A stretch of 59,446 bases of DNA from the NCBI GenBank assembly GCA_022446985.1, contig JAKVBD010000028.1, positions 1 to 59,446 on the forward strand. Direction: 5' to 3'. Under the pieces are notes generated by a model. The model searched no databases, was not told the DNA's origin, and worked only from the letters and a program-made list of their open reading frames with translations. Made by a program: the position numbers and the translations under genes. Positions 10,021 through 20,621 of this stretch are shown piece by piece. Source of the stretch: Lentisphaerales bacterium (lineage in GTDB: Bacteria; Verrucomicrobiota; Lentisphaeria; Lentisphaerales; Lentisphaeraceae). Positions within the stretch are counted from its first letter, which is position 1; each line of letters starts with the position of its first letter.

Positions 10021-11888
10021 CTATTTTTTTAGTAACTCTTCGATATCCTGAGCAATTTGTTCTGGCTGTAGACGATACTTTTGACGAATGTCTGCAGTTT
10101 TGCCCCAAGGAACTATTTCACTTGGATAGCCTTTTGTCACGAGGCCCTGGTGTTTTTTATTGGTGAGAAGCTCACTACAGATGGAGCCCAATCCACCGTT
10201 AACCATATGGTCTTCCAGGGAAATGATAGGCATTTTTTCAGAGTCGGCAAGTAGCGCTTGCTCATCAAAAGGTGCCAGGAATCTGGCGTTGATGACTTTG
10301 GCTGAAATACCTTTTTCTTGTAGAATTTCAGCGGTTTCAAGCGCTTGTTTGCATTCGCGTCCACTGGCCCAGATTGCAAGATCTTGACCATCGCGAATAA
10401 TTTCGGATTTCCCCAGCTCCAGTTTAGCTCTTGGAACTTCAAAATCAGTAGAGTCTGTTTTCGGATAACGAATGACAGAAGCGACTTTGAAATCGAGAGC
10501 CAAATTCATCATCTGGCGTAATTCTGTTGCATCACGAGGTTGAAGGATGTGAAGGTTTGGGAGAGCTCTCCAGAAACCAATATCAACGATTCCGTGGTGA
10601 GTCGGACCGTCTTCGACAACACCGCCGCGATCCATACAGAAGATAACCGGAAGTTCTTGAAGACAGATGTCGTGGTAGACGCAGTCCATGGCACGCTGCA
10701 TGAAAGTTGCATAAATGCCGACAATTGGCTTAATGCCGCCAGCAGCTAAGCCTGCTGCAAAAATAGTGCCATGCTCTTCGGCGATACCAACATCGTAAAC
10801 TTTTTCCGGAAATTTCTCTTTAAACTTAAGCATGCCTGTACCAGAAAGCATACCAGCAGTGATACTGACTACTTTTTCGTCTTTAGCGGCAATATTACAA
10901 AGTTCATCTCCAAAAATATTTGAGAATGGCGGACCTGCTGGCTTGGTGACGCTCAGCGCATTTGAATCTTTAGAAGTAACTTCTTTCTTTTTGAAGCCGT
11001 GGCATTTTCCGGATCGTATTTGGCTCCCTCATAACCGTGTCCTTTTTCGGTCAGAAGGTGAAGGATAATCGGCTGCTTTAGTTCTTTGATCTTTTGCAGG
11101 ATGGAGACAAGCTCTTCAATATCATGGCCGTCAACTGGGCCAAAGTAGCGTAGCCCAAGTTCTTCAAAAATGATGCCTGGAGTCAAAAGTCCTTTTGCAG
11201 CTTCTTCAACACGACTAATGCCATTTTTTAGTGAGGATCCAATTCCTGGAATGCCTTTGACTAAACTCGCCATAGAGCTTTTGAAATTATTGTAGCGACC
11301 GTCTGAAATAATGCGATTCAAGTATTTAGACATACCTCCGACATTTGGAGAGATGGACATCTTGTTATCGTTTAAGATGTAGATGATGTCATCGGTCGTA
11401 TCTGCTGCGTTATTTAGGGCTTCAAGAGAAACTCCACAGCCTAGACCACCATCGCCGACTATGGCGACAACTTTATCACTTAATCCCAATTGATCTCGAG
11501 CACTGGCAAAGCCAAGAGCTGCAGAAAGAGCAGTACCTGCGTGGCCGGCACCAAAATGGTCATGTTCGCTTTCTTCTCTTTGTAGGAATCCAGAACAACC
11601 ATCTGTTTGTCTTAAGGTGTGAAGATATTCTTTTCTACCTGTCAGAATCTTATGAACATAGCCTTGGTGGCTTACGTCAAAAATAAATTTATCTTTTGGA
11701 GAATTGAAAACTTTATGTAGGGCAACAGTTAGTTCAACTACACCAAGGTTTGAGCCTAGGTGCCCACCATGTTTGCTGGTGATTTCGATGAGTTCTGCAC
11801 GTATTTCGTCGCATAACTGACGTAGTTTATCAAAGCTCAGTGCTTTGATGTCTGCAGGGGTGTTGACTTTAGGTAGAACAGGTTCCAT
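10021..11888 (-). CDS. dxs: 1-deoxy-D-xylulose-5-phosphate synthase, split by an apparent 1-nt frameshift near 11001
   Basis: The N-terminal ORF (to 10953) has the Dxs TPP-binding region GGHLGSNLGVVELTVALH...GDGGLGCG. The third frame continues HGFKKK...PAGPPFSNIFGDELC...ITAGMLSGTG into ORF 10021-10851 (GIAEEHG...DRGGVVEDGPTHHG). An extra C in minus-strand GCCAC (GG to GGG on plus) restores about 640 aa. The likely start is the internal MEPVLPK at about 11888. Confidence 0.8.
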
Positions 11889-11898
11889 TGAGATATGT

Positions 11899-12798
11899 TT
11901 ACTTTTTGAAGTCCTGGTAGTAGCTCCACCACTTTTCTCGAAGTTCTTTGCCTCGTTCCAAGTAGGATTCAAGTCGCTCCCAGTCGTCATTTATGATTAC
12001 CTGTTTAATAGTTTCAATTTCCTCAACCGTTTGGTCGATCGTTTTTAATATAGCCTTTTTATTTGTCTTTGTAATATCGCGCCACATTTTTGGGCTACTG
12101 GCGGCGATTCTTGAAGTATCTCTAAATGCTCCAGCACAAGCCAATTTAGTAAGATCGTACTTTTTTTCATCAAGTGCAAGTAAAGTCGTGACTGCCGCAG
12201 TGATGTGTAGAGTGTGACTTGTTGCGGCAACAGCTTCGTCATGTTCTATTGCATCAACTTCGTAAGGAATAGAACCAATTTCACGCCACAGTTCCCTGAC
12301 GATGTTTATGGCAGCCGGATCATCGGTGCTGTAACTGCAGATGAAAGTAACTGTCTTGTCGTAAAGTTCTGAGCAGGCGTGGTCGAGGCCGCTTTTTTCA
12401 TTGCCGGCCATCGGATGGCTGCCAATGAAATGTATGCCAAGTTCATTGAAGACCGGGCGGACTTCGTCAACGATAATGGATTTTACACTGCTGACATCGG
12501 TAACGATAGAACCTTTTTTGAACTTTGAAGCATGCTCTTCAACAAAATCTATGAGTGGTTCAACTGGTAAAGATAGAATGCTGAGGTCGGCGTCGGCAAC
12601 TGCAGTAGAAACGTCTGTCGAGCCGAAATCGATATGGCCTTGAGCGATAGCATCATCGATAGCATCTTGCTTTCTGGCCCAGGCAGTGATGTGAACTTCG
12701 TCATTATTGGCTTTAAGGGCTTTGGCGATAGAACCGCCCATTTGACCAAGTCCAACAAGGCAAACTTTTTCAGGCATTTTAAGGTGTTCAGGCATCAT
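11899..12798 (-). CDS. tyrA: Prephenate/arogenate dehydrogenase
   Basis: N-terminal NAD-binding VCLVGLGQMGGS and GSHPMAGNEKSG motif. 299 aa. Confidence 0.7.
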   Translation of the reverse strand: MMPEHLKMPEKVCLVGLGQMGGSIAKALKANNDEVHITAWARKQDAIDDAIAQGHIDFGSTDVSTAVADADLSILSLPVEPLIDFVEEHASKFKKGSIVTDVSSVKSIIVDEVRPVFNELGIHFIGSHPMAGNEKSGLDHACSELYDKTVTFICSYSTDDPAAINIVRELWREIGSIPYEVDAIEHDEAVAATSHTLHITAAVTTLLALDEKKYDLTKLACAGAFRDTSRIAASSPKMWRDITKTNKKAILKTIDQTVEEIETIKQVIINDDWERLESYLERGKELREKWWSYYQDFKK

Positions 12799-12942
12799 TT
12801 ATATATAAAATCCTATCTGTTCCAGTTAAAGCGCCATGAATATAGAGGGGGATTAACCTTTTTAAAGATGAAAAAACAGGTTTTGGGAGGACTTGCAGGA
12901 GTTGATGGTTCTTCTTAAAATTTACCTGTGTAAACAGTTAAC

Positions 12943-13170
12943 ATGAGGAAGGTTCAAATGATGGTTAAGCTATTCTCGATTTTCATTCTTGCAGGAGTCT
13001 TTCTGTTAACAGGCTGTAAGGAAGCTAAAGAAGGTGCAGATGCTGTCTCTGGCAAAGTTACAGGGCAGCAGGATATGGAAATTATGAAGAAGACTGAAAA
13101 GAACTTGCAAATGTTGCAGGATAAAACAAATAAGCAGCAACAAGATGCTTTAAAACAGTTGGAGAAGTAA
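12943..13170 (+). CDS. Small lipoprotein (lipobox LLTGC), Gln/Lys-rich
   Basis: Signal peptide and a Cys lipobox read from the translation. 75 aa. Confidence 0.45.
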   Translation: MRKVQMMVKLFSIFILAGVFLLTGCKEAKEGADAVSGKVTGQQDMEIMKKTEKNLQMLQDKTNKQQQDALKQLEK

Positions 13171-13266
13171 GCTTTTATTGTCTTACAGTTTGTTCTTGTG
13201 CTAAACACTGTTACACTATTCTGATATAAGTTAAGTATGATTCGATTGAATTAAACTGAGTTTGAG

Positions 13267-13953
13267 ATGACAGAGAATAACAGTGAATCAGTAGAGCAGC
13301 GTCCAGTTGCAGGAATGCGTTCCCTCGCTTTGGGGGCGTTTTGTGCCTTTGGCGTTTTTGCTATTGCCATAGCAGTTGGAATGACTTCTGTAATGGCTGG
13401 TAAGCGAATTTTAATTGAGTCCGGAGTCAGAACTCCTCTGGAAATCAGTTATAATAAAATTACTGAAGAAACTTACAGTGAAGCAATGAGGAAGATGAAT
13501 GCTTTTGGGGAACAGGCATCGTCTCAGAGTAAGCTGGAATTCTCTCTTTCTGCAGATGAATTGAACAGCCTCATTATCTACAATGAGGAGTTTAAGGCTC
13601 TTAAAGGAGTTGCTAAGTTTAAGATTGATGAAGATGAGATAAGTGCAGTTACATCATTTCCTCTAAAGTATGTTGCCGGACTGAAAGGTGAAGGTGATGG
13701 TCTTTTTCTAAATGGTGAAACGCGTTATCAGGTTTTTGTTAAGAAAGATGAACTTAGAGTTTTCCTTGAAGGGTTTTATCAACAGGGAGAACGCATGGAG
13801 GTGGATGCAATTCACGTTCTGCAGCAAATTAACCTTTTGGAACACTGGGCCAAGTACGAGTCTCTTAAAGATAAGTTGGCACTTGTTCAGGAAGTAGTTT
13901 GTAAAGAAGGGAAGTTGATTTTTAGAAACTGGAAAACTCCAGAAAAAAGTTAA
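13267..13953 (+). CDS. Hypothetical membrane-anchored protein
   Basis: 228-aa ORF with one N-terminal TM helix. No recognisable domain. Confidence 0.45.
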   Translation: MTENNSESVEQRPVAGMRSLALGAFCAFGVFAIAIAVGMTSVMAGKRILIESGVRTPLEISYNKITEETYSEAMRKMNAFGEQASSQSKLEFSLSADELNSLIIYNEEFKALKGVAKFKIDEDEISAVTSFPLKYVAGLKGEGDGLFLNGETRYQVFVKKDELRVFLEGFYQQGERMEVDAIHVLQQINLLEHWAKYESLKDKLALVQEVVCKEGKLIFRNWKTPEKS

Positions 13954-14006
13954 CCGATCTTTTATATCTCATTCTCAGCTTAGGTAATAATACTGGAAGT
14001 TGAGAC

Positions 14007-15761
14007 ATGGAAAATTATGATACCCAGTTTGATCTGGATTTTGACCGCGGCAGTACGTGGCTTCTTTCTGAAGTCGACGATCAGGAGTTCGTGACCTATT
14101 CCCGAGCTCACAACCTAAGTCGATCTATCATACGCAGTTTAATTATACGTGGTATTCCTCTTGAAGAGGTTGATAGTTATTTGCGCTCCCCACTAGATGC
14201 CCTCACTGATCCCTTTCGTTTGCCGGATATGGCAAAAGCCGTTACACGTGTTTGGCAGGCCGTGGAAAGGGGAGAGAAAATTTTCGTCCATGGCGATTAC
14301 GATACCGATGGAGTAACCTCTGCAGTTTTAATTGATTGGATTCTCAGTTCATTCAATGCAGATGTAGAAGTGTTTGTTTCAAATAGATTGGAAGATGGCT
14401 ATGGGCCAACTGAGTCTACAGTTTCGAAAATTGCGGCTTTGGGAGCCAAAATTATTATCAGTACCGATTGTGGTATTACTTCCTTTAATGCCTGTAATAA
14501 GGCTAAGGAACTTGGAATTGATTTTATAATAACTGATCACCATAATCCCGGTAGTAGTCTCCCTGATGCTTTTGCTATAGTTAATCCACGTTTGAAAAAA
14601 GAGTTGTTGGATATTCATGGTCTGGCAGGGGTGGGAGTCGCTTTTAAATTTTGTCATGCCTTTGTTAAAGAGTCGTTGAAGAGAACAGGTTGTGCTCCGG
14701 ATGTTGATTTGCGAGTGGGCTTGGATTTAGTTGCCATGGGGACGGTTGCAGATGTATCTCCGATGGTAGGAGAGAATCGCTCTTTGGTAAAAAACGGTTT
14801 GAAACTTCTTTCAATGCAAGGTCGTCCTGGACTATTGGCTCTCAGTGAGATTGCTTACATGGAAGGTCGGGTGACGACTAGTGATATTTCCAGGCGATTA
14901 GCTCCAAAAATAAATGCCGCAGGTCGTGTCGGTGATCCTATGGTGTCTGTACAGCTTTTAAAGGCTAAGGATTCCATCTCATCCTCAAAATTAGCTTATT
15001 CACTGGAAAGGTTTAATCGCAAGCGCCGTCAAGCTGAACGCCTGGCGTATAAAGAAGCTTTAGAGTGTGCCCGCGAAGAATTGGGGCGGAATTCTCTTGG
15101 TGGACTTTTTATTGTTGGTGATGGTTGGCACCCAGGAGTCATTGGGCTTTTGGCGACTAAAGTGAGTAAACACTATAATCGGCCCACTATCGTACTTTGT
15201 AGAGATCAGCAAAGTAATGAGCTGCTAGGTTCCGGTAGAAGTTGCGATCAGTTGAATATTTTAGATGTGCTAAATGAATGTGATCACCTCTTGAGTAACT
15301 TTGGAGGCCATCCTATGGCTGTTGGAGTGAGCTTGCCGAGTGAAAACCTGTCGGAATTTAAAGAGCATTTTGTCGAGGCTTTTAATGATGTGGAATTTCA
15401 AGTTCAGCCTACAAGCGAAAAAATGTATGCCGACGACGAAATGATGTTTTGTGAGCTGGATGACAACTTCTTGGATCAGATTGAGATGCTTGAGCCATTT
15501 GGGACAGGGAATAATGAGCCGGTTTTCTTTTTTAGGAAGTCGAGTGTACTGGAGGTCTATCCACTTGGTGAAAGGCATTCGCGAGGAATTTTAGAGGATG
15601 ACAGTGGCATAAGAGTGCCATTTGTTTGTTATTCTATTTCAGAACAACAGTTTCCAAAGGGAAATGTGTCAATTTTGGCAAGCCCGAGGCGTGTTGTTTT
15701 AAAAGGGTGTATCGAAATACAATTGTTTATAGTGGATGTTAAGAGCTATGAGAACCCTTGA
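14007..15761 (+). CDS. recJ: Single-stranded-DNA-specific exonuclease RecJ
   Basis: DHH motifs (VHGDYDTDGVTS, ...DHH...) and a DHHA1 region. 584 aa. Confidence 0.8.
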   Translation: MENYDTQFDLDFDRGSTWLLSEVDDQEFVTYSRAHNLSRSIIRSLIIRGIPLEEVDSYLRSPLDALTDPFRLPDMAKAVTRVWQAVERGEKIFVHGDYDTDGVTSAVLIDWILSSFNADVEVFVSNRLEDGYGPTESTVSKIAALGAKIIISTDCGITSFNACNKAKELGIDFIITDHHNPGSSLPDAFAIVNPRLKKELLDIHGLAGVGVAFKFCHAFVKESLKRTGCAPDVDLRVGLDLVAMGTVADVSPMVGENRSLVKNGLKLLSMQGRPGLLALSEIAYMEGRVTTSDISRRLAPKINAAGRVGDPMVSVQLLKAKDSISSSKLAYSLERFNRKRRQAERLAYKEALECAREELGRNSLGGLFIVGDGWHPGVIGLLATKVSKHYNRPTIVLCRDQQSNELLGSGRSCDQLNILDVLNECDHLLSNFGGHPMAVGVSLPSENLSEFKEHFVEAFNDVEFQVQPTSEKMYADDEMMFCELDDNFLDQIEMLEPFGTGNNEPVFFFRKSSVLEVYPLGERHSRGILEDDSGIRVPFVCYSISEQQFPKGNVSILASPRRVVLKGCIEIQLFIVDVKSYENP

Positions 15762-16461
15762 AGAACTGCAGCGAGTCATTAATTACTCGTTTAAAAATTT
15801 AACTCGTTTGCGCGAAGCCTTAACGCATAGGTCTTATGCTTTTGAAAAAAAAGAAGATATTCAGGATAATCAGCGTCTTGAGTTTTTTGGCGACGCAGTC
15901 TTAGAAATGGTTGCCTCAGAGTACCTTTTTGAACGCTACGATCAGTCTGCTGAAGGTGAATTGACTAAGATGCGTTCGGCCATGACACGTGGCGAAGCGC
16001 TATTTGATTTAGCCCAATCCTTTCATTTAGATGAGTACATGTTTCTTGGTAGAGGTGAACGACAATTACAGGGGAAGAATCAGGAGACGAGGGTCATTGA
16101 TGCCTTTGAGGCTTTGTTGGCAGCGATGTATTTGGATGGCGGAATAGGGCCAGTTAAGGAATTTTATTTATCTTTAGCCAAAAAATGCTGGAGTAGCCCT
16201 TATGAGCTTATGCTGAATCAGAATCCGAAAGGTAATCTTCAGGAGCTCACTCAAAAGTATTACAGTGCAAGGCCTGAGTATAGTCTGTTAAGTGTGAATG
16301 GGCAGGAGCATGACCCTGAATTTGAAGTAGAGGTGAAGCTATCAGGCGACCAAATTGGTAAGGGGATTGCAGGTAGTCGCCGCAAGGCTGAAGAAGAAGC
16401 CGCGAGAAAAGGAATCGAGTATTTGGTCGCAAAAAGAAATGACCTCGGAAAAATTTCATAA
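15736..16461 (+). CDS. rnc: Ribonuclease III
   Basis: ALTHRSY and ERLEFFGDAVLE catalytic signature. C-terminal dsRBD with basic residues (GSRRKAEEEAA). Overlaps the recJ 3' end. Confidence 0.85.
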   Translation: MLRAMRTLEELQRVINYSFKNLTRLREALTHRSYAFEKKEDIQDNQRLEFFGDAVLEMVASEYLFERYDQSAEGELTKMRSAMTRGEALFDLAQSFHLDEYMFLGRGERQLQGKNQETRVIDAFEALLAAMYLDGGIGPVKEFYLSLAKKCWSSPYELMLNQNPKGNLQELTQKYYSARPEYSLLSVNGQEHDPEFEVEVKLSGDQIGKGIAGSRRKAEEEAARKGIEYLVAKRNDLGKIS

Positions 16462-16553
16462 AGCTGTTTGTAAAACAAAACATGACGTGTAGTTTTACGG
16501 CTCGATTTTAAAGAAGACTGATTTTTTAAGTTAAGTTATACTGGATTAATAGA

Positions 16554-16979
16554 ATGAAAACATACTTGCCGAATGCTGCAGAGATTGAAAAGAAGTGGAT
16601 TCTTTTCGATGCAGAAAAAGAAGTTCTTGGTAAGCTAGCTGTTAAAATTGCCAATGCTTTGAGAGGCAAGGATCAGCCGACTTACACACCGCATCTTGAT
16701 ACTGGTGCCAATGTCATTATCATTAATGCTGAGAAGGTTCAGCTTACTGGTAGAAAGAACTAAGAAAAAGAATATATCAAACACACTGGTTTCATGGGTG
16801 GACGCAAAGTCATGACTGCAAAAGAAGTCAGAGAGAAGAAGCCTGAGTTCATTATCGAAAGTGCCGTTAAAGGTATGCTTCCAAAGGGACGTCTAAGTCG
16901 CCAGATTTATTCAAATCTGCACGTATACGCTGGTCCTGAGCATCCTCATGCCGCTCAAAAACCAGAATTAGCTAACTAA
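16554..16979 (+). CDS. rplM: 50S ribosomal protein L13, interrupted by an in-frame TAA at 16761-16763
   Basis: ORFs 16554-16763 and 16794-16979 are in the same frame. Together they align with L13 without a gap ([14 protein letters not shown]...[26 protein letters not shown]...AVKGMLPKG). The stop replaces a single residue. Confidence 0.85.
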
Positions 16980-16991
16980 GGATAATTTCGA

Positions 16992-17387
16992 ATGGCTGAT
17001 AAAAAAGGAATTTGGGGTACTGGACGTCGTAAGACTGCAACAGCTCGTGTAAAGCTCGTTAAAGGTTCAGGCCAAATCAAAATTAATGGTAAGGCTCTTG
17101 AAGAGTACTTTCCAGTAAGTTCTATGCAATCTTTAGTAAACCAGCCTCTACAGGTAACTGGTTTAGAAGGCCAGCTTGACCTTAACATCAACGTTAGAGG
17201 CGGCGGTCTTTCAGGACAGTCTGGTGCTGTTCGTCATGGTATTTCACGTGCTCTTTGTGAGTATGACGCAGATCTTCGTGCAGTTCTTAAGCAGAGCGGC
17301 ATGTTGACTCGTGATGCGAGGAAAAAAGAAAGAAACAAGCCGGGTCAGCCGGGGGCACGCAAACGTTTCCAGTTCTCAAAACGTTAA
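16992..17387 (+). CDS. rpsI: 30S ribosomal protein S9
   Basis: GTGRRKTATARV...GGGLSGQSGAVRHGISRAL...ARKRFQFSKR is a canonical S9. Confidence 0.9.
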   Translation: MADKKGIWGTGRRKTATARVKLVKGSGQIKINGKALEEYFPVSSMQSLVNQPLQVTGLEGQLDLNINVRGGGLSGQSGAVRHGISRALCEYDADLRAVLKQSGMLTRDARKKERNKPGQPGARKRFQFSKR

Positions 17388-17410
17388 TCTGGAAATTACG
17401 CAATTTAAAA

Positions 17411-17440
17411 GACCTCCGCAAAATGCGGGGGTTTTTTTGT
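17411..17440 (+). terminator. Rho-independent terminator after rpsI
   Basis: Stem CCTCCGC/GCGGGGG with AAAAT loop followed by TTTTTTT. Confidence 0.7.
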
Positions 17441-17527
17441 TTAAGTCCATGGGACTTAATCTACTACCAGTCAAAAATGAATTTAGACTTAAACTGCAAA
17501 GCGCAGTAATAACAATGAGAAGAAAAA

Positions 17528-18547
17528 ATGATTAAAGCTGCAATAATTGGTGCAAGTGGTTACAGCGGTGAAGAGCTGCTGCGCATTTTACTAAAACATC
17601 CAGAGGTTGAGGTTATCTGTATTACCTCAAGGCAATATGCCGGTCAGCCTATCGGTGATGTTTTCCCAAGGTTTGCAGAATCATCGTTGAAGTTTTCTTC
17701 GCCTTCTATTGAAGAGATCGTTGCGACATCTGAAGTTGCTTTTCTGGCCTTGCCTCATGGTGTTGCAGCAGAATTCGCGGTACCACTGGTTGGAGCAGGT
17801 TTAAAAGTTATTGATATCAGTGCTGATTATCGTCTAAAGTCAGAAGCTAAGTATCTTGAATACTATAAAGCTGAGCATCCAGCTCCGGCTCTTATGCAGG
17901 CATCTGTTTATGGCTCACCAGAGCGTAAGCGTGAAGATATTGCTAAAGCGAATTTAGTAGCCTGTCCAGGGTGCTACCCGACAAGTATTGTCCTGCCACT
18001 TTATCCGCTTCTTAAAGATGGTTTGATTTCTACCGAGAAGATTATTGCTTCCAGTATGAGTGGAGTATCTGGCGCTGGCCGTAAAGTTGCAGTTGATTTT
18101 ATTTTCCCAGAATGTAACGAAAGCGTTCGTCCTTATGGAGTTGTTGGTCACCGTCATACGCCTGAGATAGAGCAGGAGTTAGCACTTTCTGCTGATGTAG
18201 ATGAAGTGACGATTAATTTTATTCCTCACTTAATTCCGGTCAACCACGGTATTCACAGTACAATTATTGCTGGTTTGAAAGATGGCGTAACTGCTGATCA
18301 GATTCAGGAATGCTGGCAGAAGTATTACGCTGATGAGCCATTCGTTCGTGTTCTTCCTCAGGGTAAATTGGCAGACACAAAACACGTTACTTATACAAAT
18401 ATCTGTGAAATCGCTTTTGCTTGTGATCCACACACTGGAAATATTATTTTAAGCAGTGCTATCGACAATCTGACTAAAGGAGCATCCGGTCAGGCGGTAC
18501 AGTGCATGAACATTATGTTTGGTCTAGCTGAAGATAGCGGCCTTTAA
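17528..18547 (+). CDS. argC: N-acetyl-gamma-glutamyl-phosphate reductase
   Basis: IIGASGYSGEEL N-terminus and the catalytic Cys in LVACPGCYPTS. Confidence 0.85.
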   Translation: MIKAAIIGASGYSGEELLRILLKHPEVEVICITSRQYAGQPIGDVFPRFAESSLKFSSPSIEEIVATSEVAFLALPHGVAAEFAVPLVGAGLKVIDISADYRLKSEAKYLEYYKAEHPAPALMQASVYGSPERKREDIAKANLVACPGCYPTSIVLPLYPLLKDGLISTEKIIASSMSGVSGAGRKVAVDFIFPECNESVRPYGVVGHRHTPEIEQELALSADVDEVTINFIPHLIPVNHGIHSTIIAGLKDGVTADQIQECWQKYYADEPFVRVLPQGKLADTKHVTYTNICEIAFACDPHTGNIILSSAIDNLTKGASGQAVQCMNIMFGLAEDSGL

Positions 18548-18556
18548 GGATATGAA

Positions 18557-19432
18557 ATGATTGAAGTTATTGAAAAAGCAGCAGTTCTAGTTGAGGCTTT
18601 GCCTTACATTCAGGATTTTCGCCGCGCTATAGTTGTTGTCAAATTTGGCGGCAGTGCTATGGAAGATCCAGAGCTGATTGAATCGGTGATTCGCGATGTC
18701 GTCCTTATGGAGTGCATTGGTATGCGTCCAGTGATTGTTCATGGTGGCGGTAAAGCCATTTCTGCCCGTCTGGAAAAGCTGGGCATTCCTGTAAAGAAGA
18801 CTGGTGGCATGCGCCATACATGTGATGCAACTATCAATGTTGTCGATGATGTACTGCACAATGAGATCAACCAGAATCTGTTAGATCTTATGGGTAAGCT
18901 AAAAGGAAAAGGTCAGCGAGTTTCAGGTAAAGATATTCTTAAAGCTAAAAAGATGTTGGTAAAAGATCCTGAAACTGGAGAAGATGTCGATGTCGGGTTT
19001 GTCGGTAGTGTAAGCGATGTTGATACGACTCACATCCTTGAAGTTATTCAAAACGGCGAAGTGCCAATTATTGCTCCGTTAGCTAAAGATGAAGCCGGAA
19101 ATACTTATAATATAAATGCAGACATAGCAGCAGCTAAAGTAGCCGAAGCTTTAAAAGCCAGAAAGCTGGTTTATTTGAGTGATGTACCGGGTCTATTAAT
19201 GGACCCAAAAGATGAGTCAACACTGATTCACTCTATTAAAGTCAGTGAAGTGGAAGAATATATTACCAACGGCACAATCGCAGGTGGTATGCTTCCAAAA
19301 GTTCTTAGTGCAGTTGAGGCCTTGAAGGCCGGTACCAGGAAAGTTCACATGATTGATGGCAGGATGAGCCACTCGGTCTTGTTGGAATTATTCACCGATC
19401 AAGGTGTTGGTACTGAGATAATTAATAACTGA
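18557..19432 (+). CDS. argB: Acetylglutamate kinase
   Basis: VVKFGGSAM amino-acid kinase motif. 291 aa. Sits between argC and argD. Confidence 0.85.
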   Translation: MIEVIEKAAVLVEALPYIQDFRRAIVVVKFGGSAMEDPELIESVIRDVVLMECIGMRPVIVHGGGKAISARLEKLGIPVKKTGGMRHTCDATINVVDDVLHNEINQNLLDLMGKLKGKGQRVSGKDILKAKKMLVKDPETGEDVDVGFVGSVSDVDTTHILEVIQNGEVPIIAPLAKDEAGNTYNINADIAAAKVAEALKARKLVYLSDVPGLLMDPKDESTLIHSIKVSEVEEYITNGTIAGGMLPKVLSAVEALKAGTRKVHMIDGRMSHSVLLELFTDQGVGTEIINN

Positions 19433-19436
19433 GAAT

Positions 19437-20621
19437 GTGAAAATGGATATACGTGAAAAGTACAGTAAATACATTTTAGGGACTTACGCCCCGGCAGTTT
19501 TTTTTGAGAAAGGCGAAGGCTCTTATCTATGGGATGATAATGGCAAAAAATACCTCGACTTTGCTTCAGGTATAAGTGTTTGTAATATTGGTCACTCTCA
19601 TCCTAAAGTTGCAAAAGCTATTGCGGATCAAGCGCAAAAACTATTGCATGTTTCCAATTTATATATGACTGAAAATGCGCCTCTTCTGGCAGAAAAGATT
19701 TCTAAAGCCGGTTTCAATGGCAAAGTTTTCTTTTGTAACAGTGGTGCAGAAGCCAATGAAGGTCTGATTAAGTTTGCCCGCAAATGGGGTAGCGATAAAA
19801 GCCGCCATGAAATTATTTGCATGAACGACTCTTTTCATGGGCGTACTTTAGCAGCGCTTGCTGCCACTGGACGTGCAAAATACCGCGAAGGCTTTGGACC
19901 GGATCTTGAGGGCTTTGTTCACGTTGATTACGGTGATCTTGAGGCTGTGAGAAATGCTATCTCAGATAAAACGGCAGCAGTTATGCTTGAGCCGGTTCTT
20001 GGCGAAGGTGGTGTTCGTCCAGCCGCTGTTGAATTTATTCAGGGTGTTCGTCAGCTTTGTGATGAGGCTGGAATTTTAATGATGTGTGATGAAGTTCAAA
20101 CAGGTATTGGCCGTACTGGGAAAATGTTTGCACATCAGCATTTTGGTATTGAACCGGATGCAATGAGTTTGGCAAAAGCTCTTGGTAATGGCATGCCAAT
20201 TGGTGCTTTAATGCTTCAGTGTAAGCACGAAGGAATTCTTGTTCCGGGAACTCATGCTACGACATTTGGCGGAACACCTCTAGCTTGTGCGGCAGGTTTA
20301 GCCGTTTTTGAGGCTTATGATGAAGAGAATGTTCTTGAGAACTGCCAGAAGCAAGGTCAAAAAGCTTTTGAATTCTTAAAAGCTCTTGGTGAGAAATATG
20401 ACTTCGTTAGTGAAGTGCGTGGCCTGGGCTTGATGATTGGTATAGATGTTGAAATACCAACAGGTGATGTTCTCAAGAAAGCTTTTGATAAAGGCTTGAT
20501 ATTATTAACTGCCGGTGAGAAAACGATTCGTTTACTGCCGACTTTAAATCTTTCAGATACAGAGCTTCAGGAAGGCCTGGAAATAATTGAAAAAACTTTT
20601 GAGGAGTTGAACAATGTCTAA
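19437..20621 (+). CDS. argD: Acetylornithine aminotransferase (class III PLP)
   Basis: Class III aminotransferase motifs (DEVQTGIGRTG, ...SLAKALGNG) in arg-operon context. Confidence 0.8.
   Translation: MKMDIREKYSKYILGTYAPAVFFEKGEGSYLWDDNGKKYLDFASGISVCNIGHSHPKVAKAIADQAQKLLHVSNLYMTENAPLLAEKISKAGFNGKVFFCNSGAEANEGLIKFARKWGSDKSRHEIICMNDSFHGRTLAALAATGRAKYREGFGPDLEGFVHVDYGDLEAVRNAISDKTAAVMLEPVLGEGGVRPAAVEFIQGVRQLCDEAGILMMCDEVQTGIGRTGKMFAHQHFGIEPDAMSLAKALGNGMPIGALMLQCKHEGILVPGTHATTFGGTPLACAAGLAVFEAYDEENVLENCQKQGQKAFEFLKALGEKYDFVSEVRGLGLMIGIDVEIPTGDVLKKAFDKGLILLTAGEKTIRLLPTLNLSDTELQEGLEIIEKTFEELNNV

Noticed and set aside
7078-16763. Stop-codon reassignment or programmed readthrough/frameshifting as explanation for the in-frame TGA/TAA and the frameshifts
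   Set aside because: TAA and TGA terminate nearly all confidently aligned genes in the window at the expected C-termini. The frameshift sites lack slippery heptamers or stimulatory structures, and all sit at short homopolymers. Sequencing error or a recent lesion is more parsimonious.
17442-17460. Palindrome TTAAGTCC-ATG-GGACTTAA and TGAATTTAGAC (ARG-box-like?) upstream of argC
   Set aside because: The palindrome directly follows the rpsI terminator and may just be part of it. The similarity to ArgR box consensus is only a half-site. Too weak to call.
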